NCBI GenBank assembly: GCA_044450345.1
Contig: JBIOIY010000046.1
Span: 1 to 25,014 of the forward strand
DNA: 25,014 bases
Direction: 5' to 3'
DNA from: Thermodesulfovibrionales bacterium
GTDB lineage: Bacteria; Nitrospirota; Thermodesulfovibrionia; Thermodesulfovibrionales; UBA6898
Numbering within the stretch: position 1 is the first letter of the stretch; the number at the start of each line of letters is the position of its first letter. The notes below the pieces were generated by a model. The model made no database searches. It was given only the letters and a program-made list of their open reading frames with translations, and was not told the DNA's origin. Below, in pieces: positions 17,233-25,014 of the stretch. The translations under genes were made by a program, and so were the position numbers.

Positions 17233-18288
17233 ATGATAAGAAAGATCAACCATTTTATCGCAACAGGCGTCTTTATCACTTTATGTCTTGTATCGGGCTG
17301 CGCAACGACTGCAAATACTGTTAAGGTCGACGACGTCACCGCTGCAAAACTGAGGTCCGAGGTTACCGTGTACGACTCTAAAAAACTGAGCGGGCTCGAA
17401 TATACTACCGTCGGGGAAATTCATGCCACTGCATGCGGAAACCGGGAGAATGGGATGGACCAACTGAGATCTATTGCTCATTCGGCCGGCGCCAACGGTA
17501 TTGCAAAAATAAACTGCGGCAGTTTACTTGGGCCGAGTCTTATGCAGAATTGTTTGACTACCGTAATGTGTGAGGCCGTTGCCATTAGGGTCGGCACAAA
17601 GGCAGTAGAAGCGGAAAAAATCAAAACAGAGAGAGTCGAAGAGTCCGTGAAGAAGCAGGTCCTGTCACAGGGCGAAGGGTTTACGCTGGGAAAACTTCCC
17701 CTTGTGGTAACGAGTTACGATGCGGTCGGCGAGGCAAAGGATGTTGAAATTATTTTTTCGGGAAATTACATGACAAGAGGGAAAATAGTGAAGCGGGATG
17801 AAGAAAATAATCTGGCGATAATAGCCTTTGAAGAATTTCGCAAGGTGCCGGCCGGTTTCCGGATTTTCCCGTCTTATAAGGTCAAACCGGGACAGGAAAT
17901 CTACATTATCAGTTGGTTCGGGGCGACACAGCCGGGAGAAAAACCGGGGATTACGAAAGGGGCCGTTTCTGCTACGGACGGTCCCGGAGGGGACAGCAGG
18001 TATTTCGGAATAACCGCACAGCGCAATCTGTCAAACGGAGGGAGTCCCTTGATTGACAGCCAGGGGAGACTTATCGGTATCGTGACGCCTGCGCCGGGCA
18101 AGGCATCTTCAGCCCATGCAAAAGGGCATGCGCCCCAGGGGACACACTTTGCCCTCAAGAGTAACGTGCTCTTAAATCTCTACCCGGAAATAGAAAACCT
18201 GATCACATCCGAAAGCGAGCCCTCGCTCTCCCCTGAGCAGATATTCGAAGCCTATAGCAATTCTGTCGTTTCCTTGATACCCCGTTAG
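17233..18288 (+). CDS. Lipoprotein: RcsF-like N-terminal domain plus degenerate trypsin-like (S1C) domain
   Basis: Lipobox VSGC; four Cys in RcsF-like spacing; the C-terminal domain follows the HtrA-type layout but reads TSYDAV, NNLAII and NLSNGGSPL at the catalytic motifs. Confidence 0.75.
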   Translation: MIRKINHFIATGVFITLCLVSGCATTANTVKVDDVTAAKLRSEVTVYDSKKLSGLEYTTVGEIHATACGNRENGMDQLRSIAHSAGANGIAKINCGSLLGPSLMQNCLTTVMCEAVAIRVGTKAVEAEKIKTERVEESVKKQVLSQGEGFTLGKLPLVVTSYDAVGEAKDVEIIFSGNYMTRGKIVKRDEENNLAIIAFEEFRKVPAGFRIFPSYKVKPGQEIYIISWFGATQPGEKPGITKGAVSATDGPGGDSRYFGITAQRNLSNGGSPLIDSQGRLIGIVTPAPGKASSAHAKGHAPQGTHFALKSNVLLNLYPEIENLITSESEPSLSPEQIFEAYSNSVVSLIPR

Positions 18289-20780
18289 AAGACCTTTGGT
18301 CTCTTATCGAGAACTCTGAGAAATACAGCTACAACGTTAGGGTCGAACTGAGTCCCTGACCAGCGCTTGACTTCGGAAATGGCATAGTCCTTCCCTGAGG
18401 CCGTGCGGTAAGGTCTGTCCGCGGTCATTGCGTCAAAGGAATCGGCAACGCAGAGTATTCTTGCCTGAAGGGGTATGTCTTCTTCCTTAAGGCCGTCGGG
18501 ATAGCCTTTGCCGTCGTATCTCTCGTGATGATGGAGAACCCCGGGGATGACGTCGATCAATTGTTTAATCGGAGCAAGTATCTCTGCGCCTTTCTTGGGA
18601 TGTTTCTTCACGAGAGCGAACTCCTCTTCGGTCAGCTTCCCGGGCTTGTCAAGGACGATGTCATAGGTACCGATCTTTCCCACGTCATGGAGAAGAGCAG
18701 AGAGCCTCAGCATTTCCAAATCGTGATCCTTCAGCCCCAGCTCCTTGCCGATCTCCACCGCATATTGTGTCACTCTTTCAGAGTGTCCGTTTGTCCAGGG
18801 GGACTTCGCGTCAATGGCTGCGGCAAGAGAAGTGATAGTGCCGACCAGCAATTGCTGAAGGTCTTCATAAAGCATTGCATTTTCAAGAGCAACAGTGATC
18901 TGGGACGCGATGTTAACCGCTGCGGAGAGGTGCTCCGGCGCCAACCTGCCGTGAAATGTTGACCCTATATCAAGAAGACCTATCGTTTCGCCTTTGGCGA
19001 CAAGCGGCACCATCAAGGACGATTTAATCCCGATGGCATTTTGTTCCCTGTGGTACAAACAGTCAGTACCGTCTGATGCGACGTCAGGAATGAAAAGGGA
19101 GGTGGACGTCATTCCTAGCGCATCAAAATGACTCTTTTTTCCGCTGTAAACGTTGTCAAGAAATCTCCCGACTCCCCATTCTGAAATCACCCTGTAGTTC
19201 TCTCCTTCCCTGAAAAGGATCGCAGCCCTCTCGCAGGGTATAATCCTGCTCACCATCGCAACTGCAGCTTTCAGTATGGTGACCCTATCGATGGTTGACA
19301 ATATCTCCCTGTCGAGCATCGCCATCGCCTTTATTGTCTCGATCTTGCCCGAAAGCTCCATTAGTCTTTCGAGAGATTCTACGTATAGCCTGCTGTTATG
19401 AAGGGCTATTGCCATCCCGTCCGCAAGGCCTTTCATAAGCGACACGTCTCTGTTTTTAATTGTTTCACTACTCTTACAGTCGCCCACTATCCCCCCTATT
19501 ACCTTCCCTCTGATCATGATCGGGGCCAATAGGATGCTTCCAATTTCAAAAGTATCTACAAGCTCTTTGGTCAAAAGATCGCTTCCGAGCGCTTTCTCTA
19601 TAAGGACGGTTTCCCCTTTAAGGAAGCTGCTCATGGCCGGGAAATCTCTCTCCCTGAAGATTCTCGATACCAGCATCCCCTCATCAACATGGCTCAGGCC
19701 ATATCCGCCCGCGAGCGTAAAACCCTTAAGGGATTCGTCATAGAGAAAGATCACCAGTCTGTCAAACCTCAGGTAACTCGGGGCCAGGGTTACCACGTTC
19801 CTTACGAGTTCTGTTTCACTGAGACTGGTGTTCAGAGCGTTCACAATTTTCACTAGGGCACCGGAAATCTCAGCCTCTTCCTTTACCTGCTGATAAAGCC
19901 TCGCCAGTTCCTCCTCTGCAGATTTCCTGTCGGTGATATCCATGATAGTGCCGGATACGCGCACGACCTTGCCGTTTTTGACTTCTGCCCTGCCGGTTGT
20001 CTTTACCCATAGGCTTTCTCCATGGGCGTTCCTGAACTTAAGTTCAAAGTCATAGGGTTCCGCGAACTCAACTACACGCCTGAAGGCATTCTCAATAACC
20101 GCTCGGTCCTGATAAAAAGCTATGTCCTGCGTAGTATCATTTGGATCATACTCATCAGGCGATAGCCCGTAAATCCTGTATACCTCATCCGTCCATACAA
20201 TCCTGCCTTTTTCAACATCATATTCCCAGCCGCCTACTTTGGCCATCTGTTGTGTTTGACTGAGCAGCAATTTGTTCCCTTCGAGCGTCTCATGCTCTTT
20301 CTCAAGTTCCCGCACCTTTTCTTGCAGCTTTCTGGCGTAAACTTCCACCTGCATTCTGTCCAGCGCTGTCATCTCAGTTGGAAGCTGGTCCAGCACAGGA
20401 AGATGCTCGGCCCGATTCTTTTCAATTACTTCGCTAATGATATCGAAAAATTCCTCCATTTTCATCGGCTTTATAAGAAAATGCGATGCCCCGAGCGCCA
20501 TCGCCAGCCTTTCATCCTTTTGATCGATATAGGTGGACGTATAAAAAACAAAGGGGATGGTGCGGAGCCGCTCATCCGCCTTTATCCTGCGGCACAACTC
20601 AAAACCATCCATTTCCGGCATCATGATGTCCGAAATAATCAGATCAGGAGGCGAGAGAACAGCTTTTTGCAGCGCCTGGACGCCGTTGGCAGCGCTCTCG
20701 ATAGAATATCCCTGGCGCGGAAGTGCACGCTCAAGCAAAATCCTTGAGTCGATATCGTCCTCAACGATCAATATTTTCAT
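18285..20780 (-). CDS. Response regulator REC-PAS-GAF-GAF-HD-GYP cyclic dinucleotide phosphodiesterase
   Basis: REC (EDD, SDIMMPEMDG, IKP); PAS (GGWEYD..WTDEVYRIYG..GTIMDITDRK); two GAF domains; GHSERV, LLHDVGKIG, HHERYDGKGYP, VADSFDAMTADRPYR. Confidence 0.95.
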   Translation of the reverse strand: MKILIVEDDIDSRILLERALPRQGYSIESAANGVQALQKAVLSPPDLIISDIMMPEMDGFELCRRIKADERLRTIPFVFYTSTYIDQKDERLAMALGASHFLIKPMKMEEFFDIISEVIEKNRAEHLPVLDQLPTEMTALDRMQVEVYARKLQEKVRELEKEHETLEGNKLLLSQTQQMAKVGGWEYDVEKGRIVWTDEVYRIYGLSPDEYDPNDTTQDIAFYQDRAVIENAFRRVVEFAEPYDFELKFRNAHGESLWVKTTGRAEVKNGKVVRVSGTIMDITDRKSAEEELARLYQQVKEEAEISGALVKIVNALNTSLSETELVRNVVTLAPSYLRFDRLVIFLYDESLKGFTLAGGYGLSHVDEGMLVSRIFRERDFPAMSSFLKGETVLIEKALGSDLLTKELVDTFEIGSILLAPIMIRGKVIGGIVGDCKSSETIKNRDVSLMKGLADGMAIALHNSRLYVESLERLMELSGKIETIKAMAMLDREILSTIDRVTILKAAVAMVSRIIPCERAAILFREGENYRVISEWGVGRFLDNVYSGKKSHFDALGMTSTSLFIPDVASDGTDCLYHREQNAIGIKSSLMVPLVAKGETIGLLDIGSTFHGRLAPEHLSAAVNIASQITVALENAMLYEDLQQLLVGTITSLAAAIDAKSPWTNGHSERVTQYAVEIGKELGLKDHDLEMLRLSALLHDVGKIGTYDIVLDKPGKLTEEEFALVKKHPKKGAEILAPIKQLIDVIPGVLHHHERYDGKGYPDGLKEEDIPLQARILCVADSFDAMTADRPYRTASGKDYAISEVKRWSGTQFDPNVVAVFLRVLDKRPKVF

Positions 20781-20900
20781 GCTGTTTCGTCGGTCAGGTA
20801 TCCGATCTGGGACATGATCCGCTCCGGGTCGACGGTTTTCACGGTATAACTGTCACACCCGGCGGACAAAAGCTTTTCTCGGTCATCTGACATCCAACCG
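20777..20900 (-). pseudogene. C-terminal remnant of a DivK-like single-domain response regulator
   Basis: MSDDREKLLSAGCDSYTVKTVDPERIMSQI matches the last third of DivK-type receivers (AM.GDREK.L.AGCD.YI.KPID). The N-terminal acidic pocket and phospho-Asp are absent. Stop overlaps the next ATG (ATGA). Confidence 0.75.
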
Positions 20901-20927
20901 TTCAAATGCATCGAAAAGCTCCGGTAT

Positions 20928-22070
20928 TTATTTTTTTCCCTTGCCGCGTTTTTCAACATCTTTGATTTTCTTCAATCCTCCTGCTGCCCTGGTATTATCA
21001 GGGGAGATGCTTAAGGCCTTCTCAAACAACCCCTTTGCCCTTATCGGGTAGCCCAGTTCCAGATACACAAGACCAAGCTCCGTCAGATATCTGGCATTGT
21101 AGGGTTCGAGTCTTCGAGCCCCTTCGAACTCCTTTTCCGCCTCCCTGAATTTATTTTGTATTGCCAGGGTCAACCCATAATTATAATGATATTCAGATAT
21201 TGTGGCGTCATAATATGTTGCCTCTTGAAAAAGACGCTCCGCATCCTGATAATTTTTCTTTTTCAGGTGATTCTTCCCCTCTTCAAAGGCGGACCTCGCT
21301 TTGTCTTGGACTGCTGCCAGTCTTGCAGGTTTGATGGTTAATACTTTGTCGTATTCTCTTCTCTTTTCCGGGTTTGACAAGATTGAGTATGCCACAGATA
21401 CATAGGAGAATATATCGCATGACTTGTCCTTGAGAGAATCGTCGCCAAGGTGGAAGTGCACATCGGGATGATACTTTTTTACGGCCTCACGGTATGCCGC
21501 CTTGATTTCGTCAAACGAGGCATCATCCTTGACTCCCAAAACGCCATAATGTCCGAGACGTTCACATTTGCTGTACATATCCTCTATCATTTCTTTAGTC
21601 TCAGGATCTATCTTTCTTCCTATTTTCTCCTCACGTATCTCACCCACCACCACCTCAGACATCTCAATGTTGGCGGCGCGGTCTTCCTGCAGCCCAAGCG
21701 TCCCTATCAGCGCTTCAATCTTTGTTAAAAGTTCTTCTTTCTTGATCGGTTTTTCCAGATAGTCGTCCGCATGAAATGTCTTGATGACATCGAATTTATA
21801 TTTCAGCCCTTTATAAATACCTGACATGATAATAATCTTGGGAGGCTTTTGCAGCCCCGCATCTCCCTTGACTTTCTTGCAGAGCTCGAATCCGTGTATT
21901 CCCGGGATAAGCCCATCGATGATCGCCAGATCAGGGCTTTCCTTTATGATTATCTGGTAAGCTTCCTCGCCGTTTTTGCTGGTTATGATGTTAATATCCT
22001 TATAATATCTGAGAAAGGCATTAATCATGTTCAGGATATCCTGGTCATCATCTACAATTAGAACCTTCAT
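20928..22070 (-). CDS. Receiver domain - DnaJ (J) domain - TPR protein
   Basis: REC (VDDD, IIDGLIPGIHG, MSG, EKP); J domain HYGVLGV..ASFDEIKAAYREAVKKYHPD..AYSILSNPEKRREYD; three C-terminal TPR-like repeats; SD GGAGGAG. Confidence 0.9.
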   Translation of the reverse strand: MKVLIVDDDQDILNMINAFLRYYKDINIITSKNGEEAYQIIIKESPDLAIIDGLIPGIHGFELCKKVKGDAGLQKPPKIIIMSGIYKGLKYKFDVIKTFHADDYLEKPIKKEELLTKIEALIGTLGLQEDRAANIEMSEVVVGEIREEKIGRKIDPETKEMIEDMYSKCERLGHYGVLGVKDDASFDEIKAAYREAVKKYHPDVHFHLGDDSLKDKSCDIFSYVSVAYSILSNPEKRREYDKVLTIKPARLAAVQDKARSAFEEGKNHLKKKNYQDAERLFQEATYYDATISEYHYNYGLTLAIQNKFREAEKEFEGARRLEPYNARYLTELGLVYLELGYPIRAKGLFEKALSISPDNTRAAGGLKKIKDVEKRGKGKK

Positions 22071-22143
22071 ATCTCCTCCGGATCCTCTAAGGCATTAATC
22101 CGCGCCGCTTTCATAGACGTAAGCTCAAGCCATCCTGGGATCT

Positions 22144-24426
22144 TTAGGTGTTGCCCCTGGACATAACCTTCACCCGTGAAAGATACCCTGCCAGTCTCTC
22201 CTTCAGCGCCGACACAGCGTCTTTATCTCCCGTCCTGGCTGCTTCTTCTATCTCCCCTCCTATCAGTGTTACCCCATCAAAGCCGTATCCGCCCCCGGAG
22301 CCCTTCATGCTGTGGCCGAGCCTAAGGATTTCCTGAAGGTTACCTTCGATCAGAAGCCTTCCTATCTCCTGTATATCCCGGTGCCGGTTTTCAAGATATC
22401 CCGTAATAAGGTCCGCCAGGTCCGGATCGACATAAACGACTATATCCCCCTGCTGTTCCGCATCCCCGCCTGTTACTGTCTCTTCGTCCAGATACTTATG
22501 GATAACAGCGAGCAGTGCACTGTCCTTCATCGGCTTCTGTATATAGTCGGTGCATCCCATATCTATGCATTTCTTGATTTCCTCCGGTCCCTCATGTGCC
22601 GTCATGGCGATGATCGGCATCGTGGGAAATCCCTCAAGTTTCCTTATTATCCTCACCGCTGTATAGCCGTCCATTACCGGCATTTCCATATCCATAAGAA
22701 TCAGGGAGACCGTCTGGTTCTTGAATGCGGTTATCGCCTCTACCCCGTTCTTTGCGAAGACCGCTTTGAACCGGCCTTCCTTTAGGAGATATTTCTCCAC
22801 CAGTTTCCTGTTGTCTTCAACATCGTCAACCATCAGGATGGACATGCGCCTGTCTATCCAACTGTCGAGGGTCTCCAGAAGCGCCTTTTTGTTTAAAGGT
22901 TTTGTCAGGTAATCGTCCATTCCCTCCTTAAGACATTTTTCCCTATACCCTTTCAGAGCATGTGCTGTCAGGGCTACAATGGGAGTCCGCGCTCCTCCAC
23001 GTTCTGCCTCCAACTCCCTGATGAGCCTCGTTGCCTCAAATCCGTCCATCTCAGGCATCTGGACATCCATCAGGATCACTTTGTAACTGTATTTCCTGAC
23101 GGCCTCAACCGCCTCTTTTCCATTTTTCGCTATATCTACGGCAAACCCGGCATTCTCCAGAATCTTCCTTGCAAGATTCTGGTTATCGATATTGTCTTCC
23201 ACAAGCAGGATCTTAAGATGGGGCATGCCCCGGTCAATATTTTTGTCAGTCGTCCGTTGTGCCGGAAGATCGCCACTGCCCTGTTGATATGAAAGGGTGA
23301 GTGCCACATGAAATGTGCTTCCCTGGCCGACTTTGCTTTCTACCCATATATCCCCCCCCATCAACTCCACAAGGGACTTTGTGATGCTCAACCCCAGACC
23401 TGTTCCACCGTATCTGCGGGTTGTGGAACCGTCTGCCTGGTCGAATTTCTCGAATATCTTTTCCTGATCTTCACTGCTCATGCCAGCTCCCGTATCCGTG
23501 ACCATGAAATGAAGCCCAACCATCCCTTCCCGACATACCGCGTCCGGCGCCGTATCCTCCTTCACGACTTCAACCGATATCTCCCCTTTTTCCGTAAATT
23601 TTACGGCATTTTCCGCCAGGTTCATCAGCACCTGGCGAAGCCGTGAAGGGTCTCCGAGGATAACTGCCGGTATGCCAGGATCGACCGAACACTCCAATCC
23701 GATGCCCTTATCTTGGGCAGGGTAAAACAAAACCTCTTTCACCTCTTCGATCACATCCCGAAGCCTGAAGGGAACGATATCGAGACTGATCTGGCCTGCT
23801 TCCATTTTCGAAATGTCGAGGATGTCGTTGACGATGGAGAGCAGGGCCTCAGAGTTTCTCTGCACTATCTTGAGATACTCCCCCTGTTCTGTCGTTAATT
23901 TTGTGTCGAGGGTCAAACCGGTCATGCCGATTATAGCGTTAAGAGGTGTCCTTATCTCATGACTCATGTTGGCCAGAAATTCGCTCTTGGCACGGGAGGC
24001 CGTTTCAGCAGCTTCCCAGGCCCTCCGGAGCTCTTCTTCTTTGTCCCTTCCGGTTTTAACGTATTCCCGATAGGACCTGCTTACTGAGTTCAGCGTTTCC
24101 GAGTGTTCATCTTTCAGGTGATTTTGGAAAGAGAGCCATTCATCAGACGTCAGTTCCCGGGCGAATTGTGCGCTCACGCGGTAGAAGGGCTCCAGAAATT
24201 CCTCATTGGTCATCTCCTTCTGGCCATCTACCACAACCAGTTCAAGCTCCTCAAAATTCTTGCAGATGATAAGTCTGATGCTCTCACCTTTGGTCAGCGG
24301 ACTTTTGCTCCAAAATGCAATACCGCCCTCCGAGATATCGGCGATCTGGAATTTATCGCATTTGCTCTGGACCATTATTTTGGTGAACACGCTGGTTTTT
24401 ATCCTTTTGTGCCTTCTTCTTTCCAT
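22144..24426 (-). CDS. Soluble hybrid histidine kinase PilZ-HisKA-HATPase-REC-REC-HPt
   Basis: PilZ motifs ERRRHKR and DISEGG; H-box [15 protein letters not shown] box [11 protein letters not shown] boxes DTGAG and GGTGLGL; two receivers (LMDVQMP, LMDMEMP); HPt GHSMKGSGG; no TM segment. Confidence 0.93.
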   Translation of the reverse strand: MERRRHKRIKTSVFTKIMVQSKCDKFQIADISEGGIAFWSKSPLTKGESIRLIICKNFEELELVVVDGQKEMTNEEFLEPFYRVSAQFARELTSDEWLSFQNHLKDEHSETLNSVSRSYREYVKTGRDKEEELRRAWEAAETASRAKSEFLANMSHEIRTPLNAIIGMTGLTLDTKLTTEQGEYLKIVQRNSEALLSIVNDILDISKMEAGQISLDIVPFRLRDVIEEVKEVLFYPAQDKGIGLECSVDPGIPAVILGDPSRLRQVLMNLAENAVKFTEKGEISVEVVKEDTAPDAVCREGMVGLHFMVTDTGAGMSSEDQEKIFEKFDQADGSTTRRYGGTGLGLSITKSLVELMGGDIWVESKVGQGSTFHVALTLSYQQGSGDLPAQRTTDKNIDRGMPHLKILLVEDNIDNQNLARKILENAGFAVDIAKNGKEAVEAVRKYSYKVILMDVQMPEMDGFEATRLIRELEAERGGARTPIVALTAHALKGYREKCLKEGMDDYLTKPLNKKALLETLDSWIDRRMSILMVDDVEDNRKLVEKYLLKEGRFKAVFAKNGVEAITAFKNQTVSLILMDMEMPVMDGYTAVRIIRKLEGFPTMPIIAMTAHEGPEEIKKCIDMGCTDYIQKPMKDSALLAVIHKYLDEETVTGGDAEQQGDIVVYVDPDLADLITGYLENRHRDIQEIGRLLIEGNLQEILRLGHSMKGSGGGYGFDGVTLIGGEIEEAARTGDKDAVSALKERLAGYLSRVKVMSRGNT

Positions 24427-24458
24427 AGGTCCTTATACCAAGAATGCAGATTTCGTTA

Positions 24459-24540
24459 AATGAAGAACCCAGCGGCAAGACCGCAGGGTATCTTAACGCA
24501 AGGAATTATTTTCATTATATTCGCTCGCTATCCGTTTCAT
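24459..24540. repeat. Degenerate palindromic MITE/REP-like element (IS200/IS605-type hairpin)
   Basis: ACCCAGCGGCAAGACCGCAGGGT hairpin followed by an AT-rich spacer and TTCGCTCGCTA. Resembles CCCCGCAGCAAGCTGCGGGG-type repeats as I recall them; single copy here. Confidence 0.45.
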
Positions 24541-24547
24541 AATGTCC

Positions 24548-24900
24548 CTAATTCTGTTTGGCTGAGACAACTTCTAGTCTGTTCTTACCCTTCCTTTTCG
24601 CTTCATACAATCCAGCCTCAGCTTCGCTGAATAATCTGTTGTACGTGCCTGAGGAAGAACCGATGAAGGCATTTGCTTGCAAATTCACGTGATTGCATCT
24701 CGATCCACTTAGTTGGATTATCCCATAATTCTGTCTGAGTTACAATCAGGGATTCCTGGTGAGTTCAGGCTTCGAACTTCCCGATACCGCTGTCCAATTG
24801 TTTGCAATGTTCCTTACTCGCGTTGGTTGCAGAAAGAAGTTTTCTCGGATAACTGATCACAAATGGTCTTACTATGACATCCTCCCGCCACCAAACTGCT
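24548..24900 (-). pseudogene. Degraded GGDEF (diguanylate cyclase) gene remnant
   Basis: Minus-strand frame ending at 24548 reads RLFSEAEAGLYEAKRKGKNRLEVV, the typical GGDEF C-terminus (AD.ALY.AK..GRN). Upstream sequence has stops/frameshifts and no intact GG(D/E)EF. Only 24548-24640 is well supported. Confidence 0.6.
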
Positions 24901-24908
24901 TACGCAGT

Positions 24909-25014
24909 TATGGAGAGGGTTTCCTTTTGGGAACAGCGCTGACCTGGATAAGGCACACGAGCAGTGCGCTTCCTGGGAAGCAACCGCACGAGGCTAATGA
25001 GCGAGGCCAACACC
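24909..25014 (+). mobile_element. Non-coding 5' end of a second IS110-family element (bridge RNA-like), truncated by the window edge
   Basis: GAGAGGGT...CAGCGCTGACCTGGATAAG...CGAGCAGTGCG-CTTCC-TG-GGAAG-CAAC-CGCAC-GAGGCTAATGAGCGAGGCCAACACC resembles, from memory, the leader upstream of some IS110 recombinases. Hairpin 24964-24989; terminal ACACC may start the arm that pairs with GAGGGT. Confidence 0.55.

Noticed and set aside
18285..18288. Overlapping stop codons of convergent genes (TTAG)
   Set aside because: Common in compact genomes; no functional link can be inferred.

Overview
Bacterial chromosomal window of about 25 kb. Gene content and intergenic repeats suggest an anaerobic Nitrospirota/deltaproteobacterium-like organism (inference only). 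Both edges look like structured non-coding ends of IS110-family elements (bridge/seekRNA-like), so the window may be a contig broken at repeats. Left half: Zn-dependent phospholipase C-family gene, pepA, cardiolipin synthase, a LysE exporter, a tightly coupled 7-gene minus-strand operon joining a GAF-PP2C phosphatase / RsbW-like kinase / STAS partner-switching module to an MlaE-MlaF-MlaD-PqiC lipid transporter with no sigma factor nearby, and a divergent NodIJ-like ABC-2 exporter. Middle: cooS-cooF-FAD/NAD oxidoreductase (Ni-CODH) operon and two lipoproteins, one an RcsF-like domain fused to a catalytically dead trypsin domain. Right: a c-di-GMP signalling cluster (PilZ-input hybrid histidine kinase, REC-J-domain-TPR protein, truncated receiver relic, REC-PAS-GAF-GAF-HD-GYP) plus a GGDEF relic. 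Intergenic regions carry nested REP/MITE-like palindromes. The strongest candidates for undescribed systems are the phosphorylation-switched Mla transporter and the PilZ kinase to J-protein/HD-GYP relay. All calls come from motif reading by eye; no searches were run.
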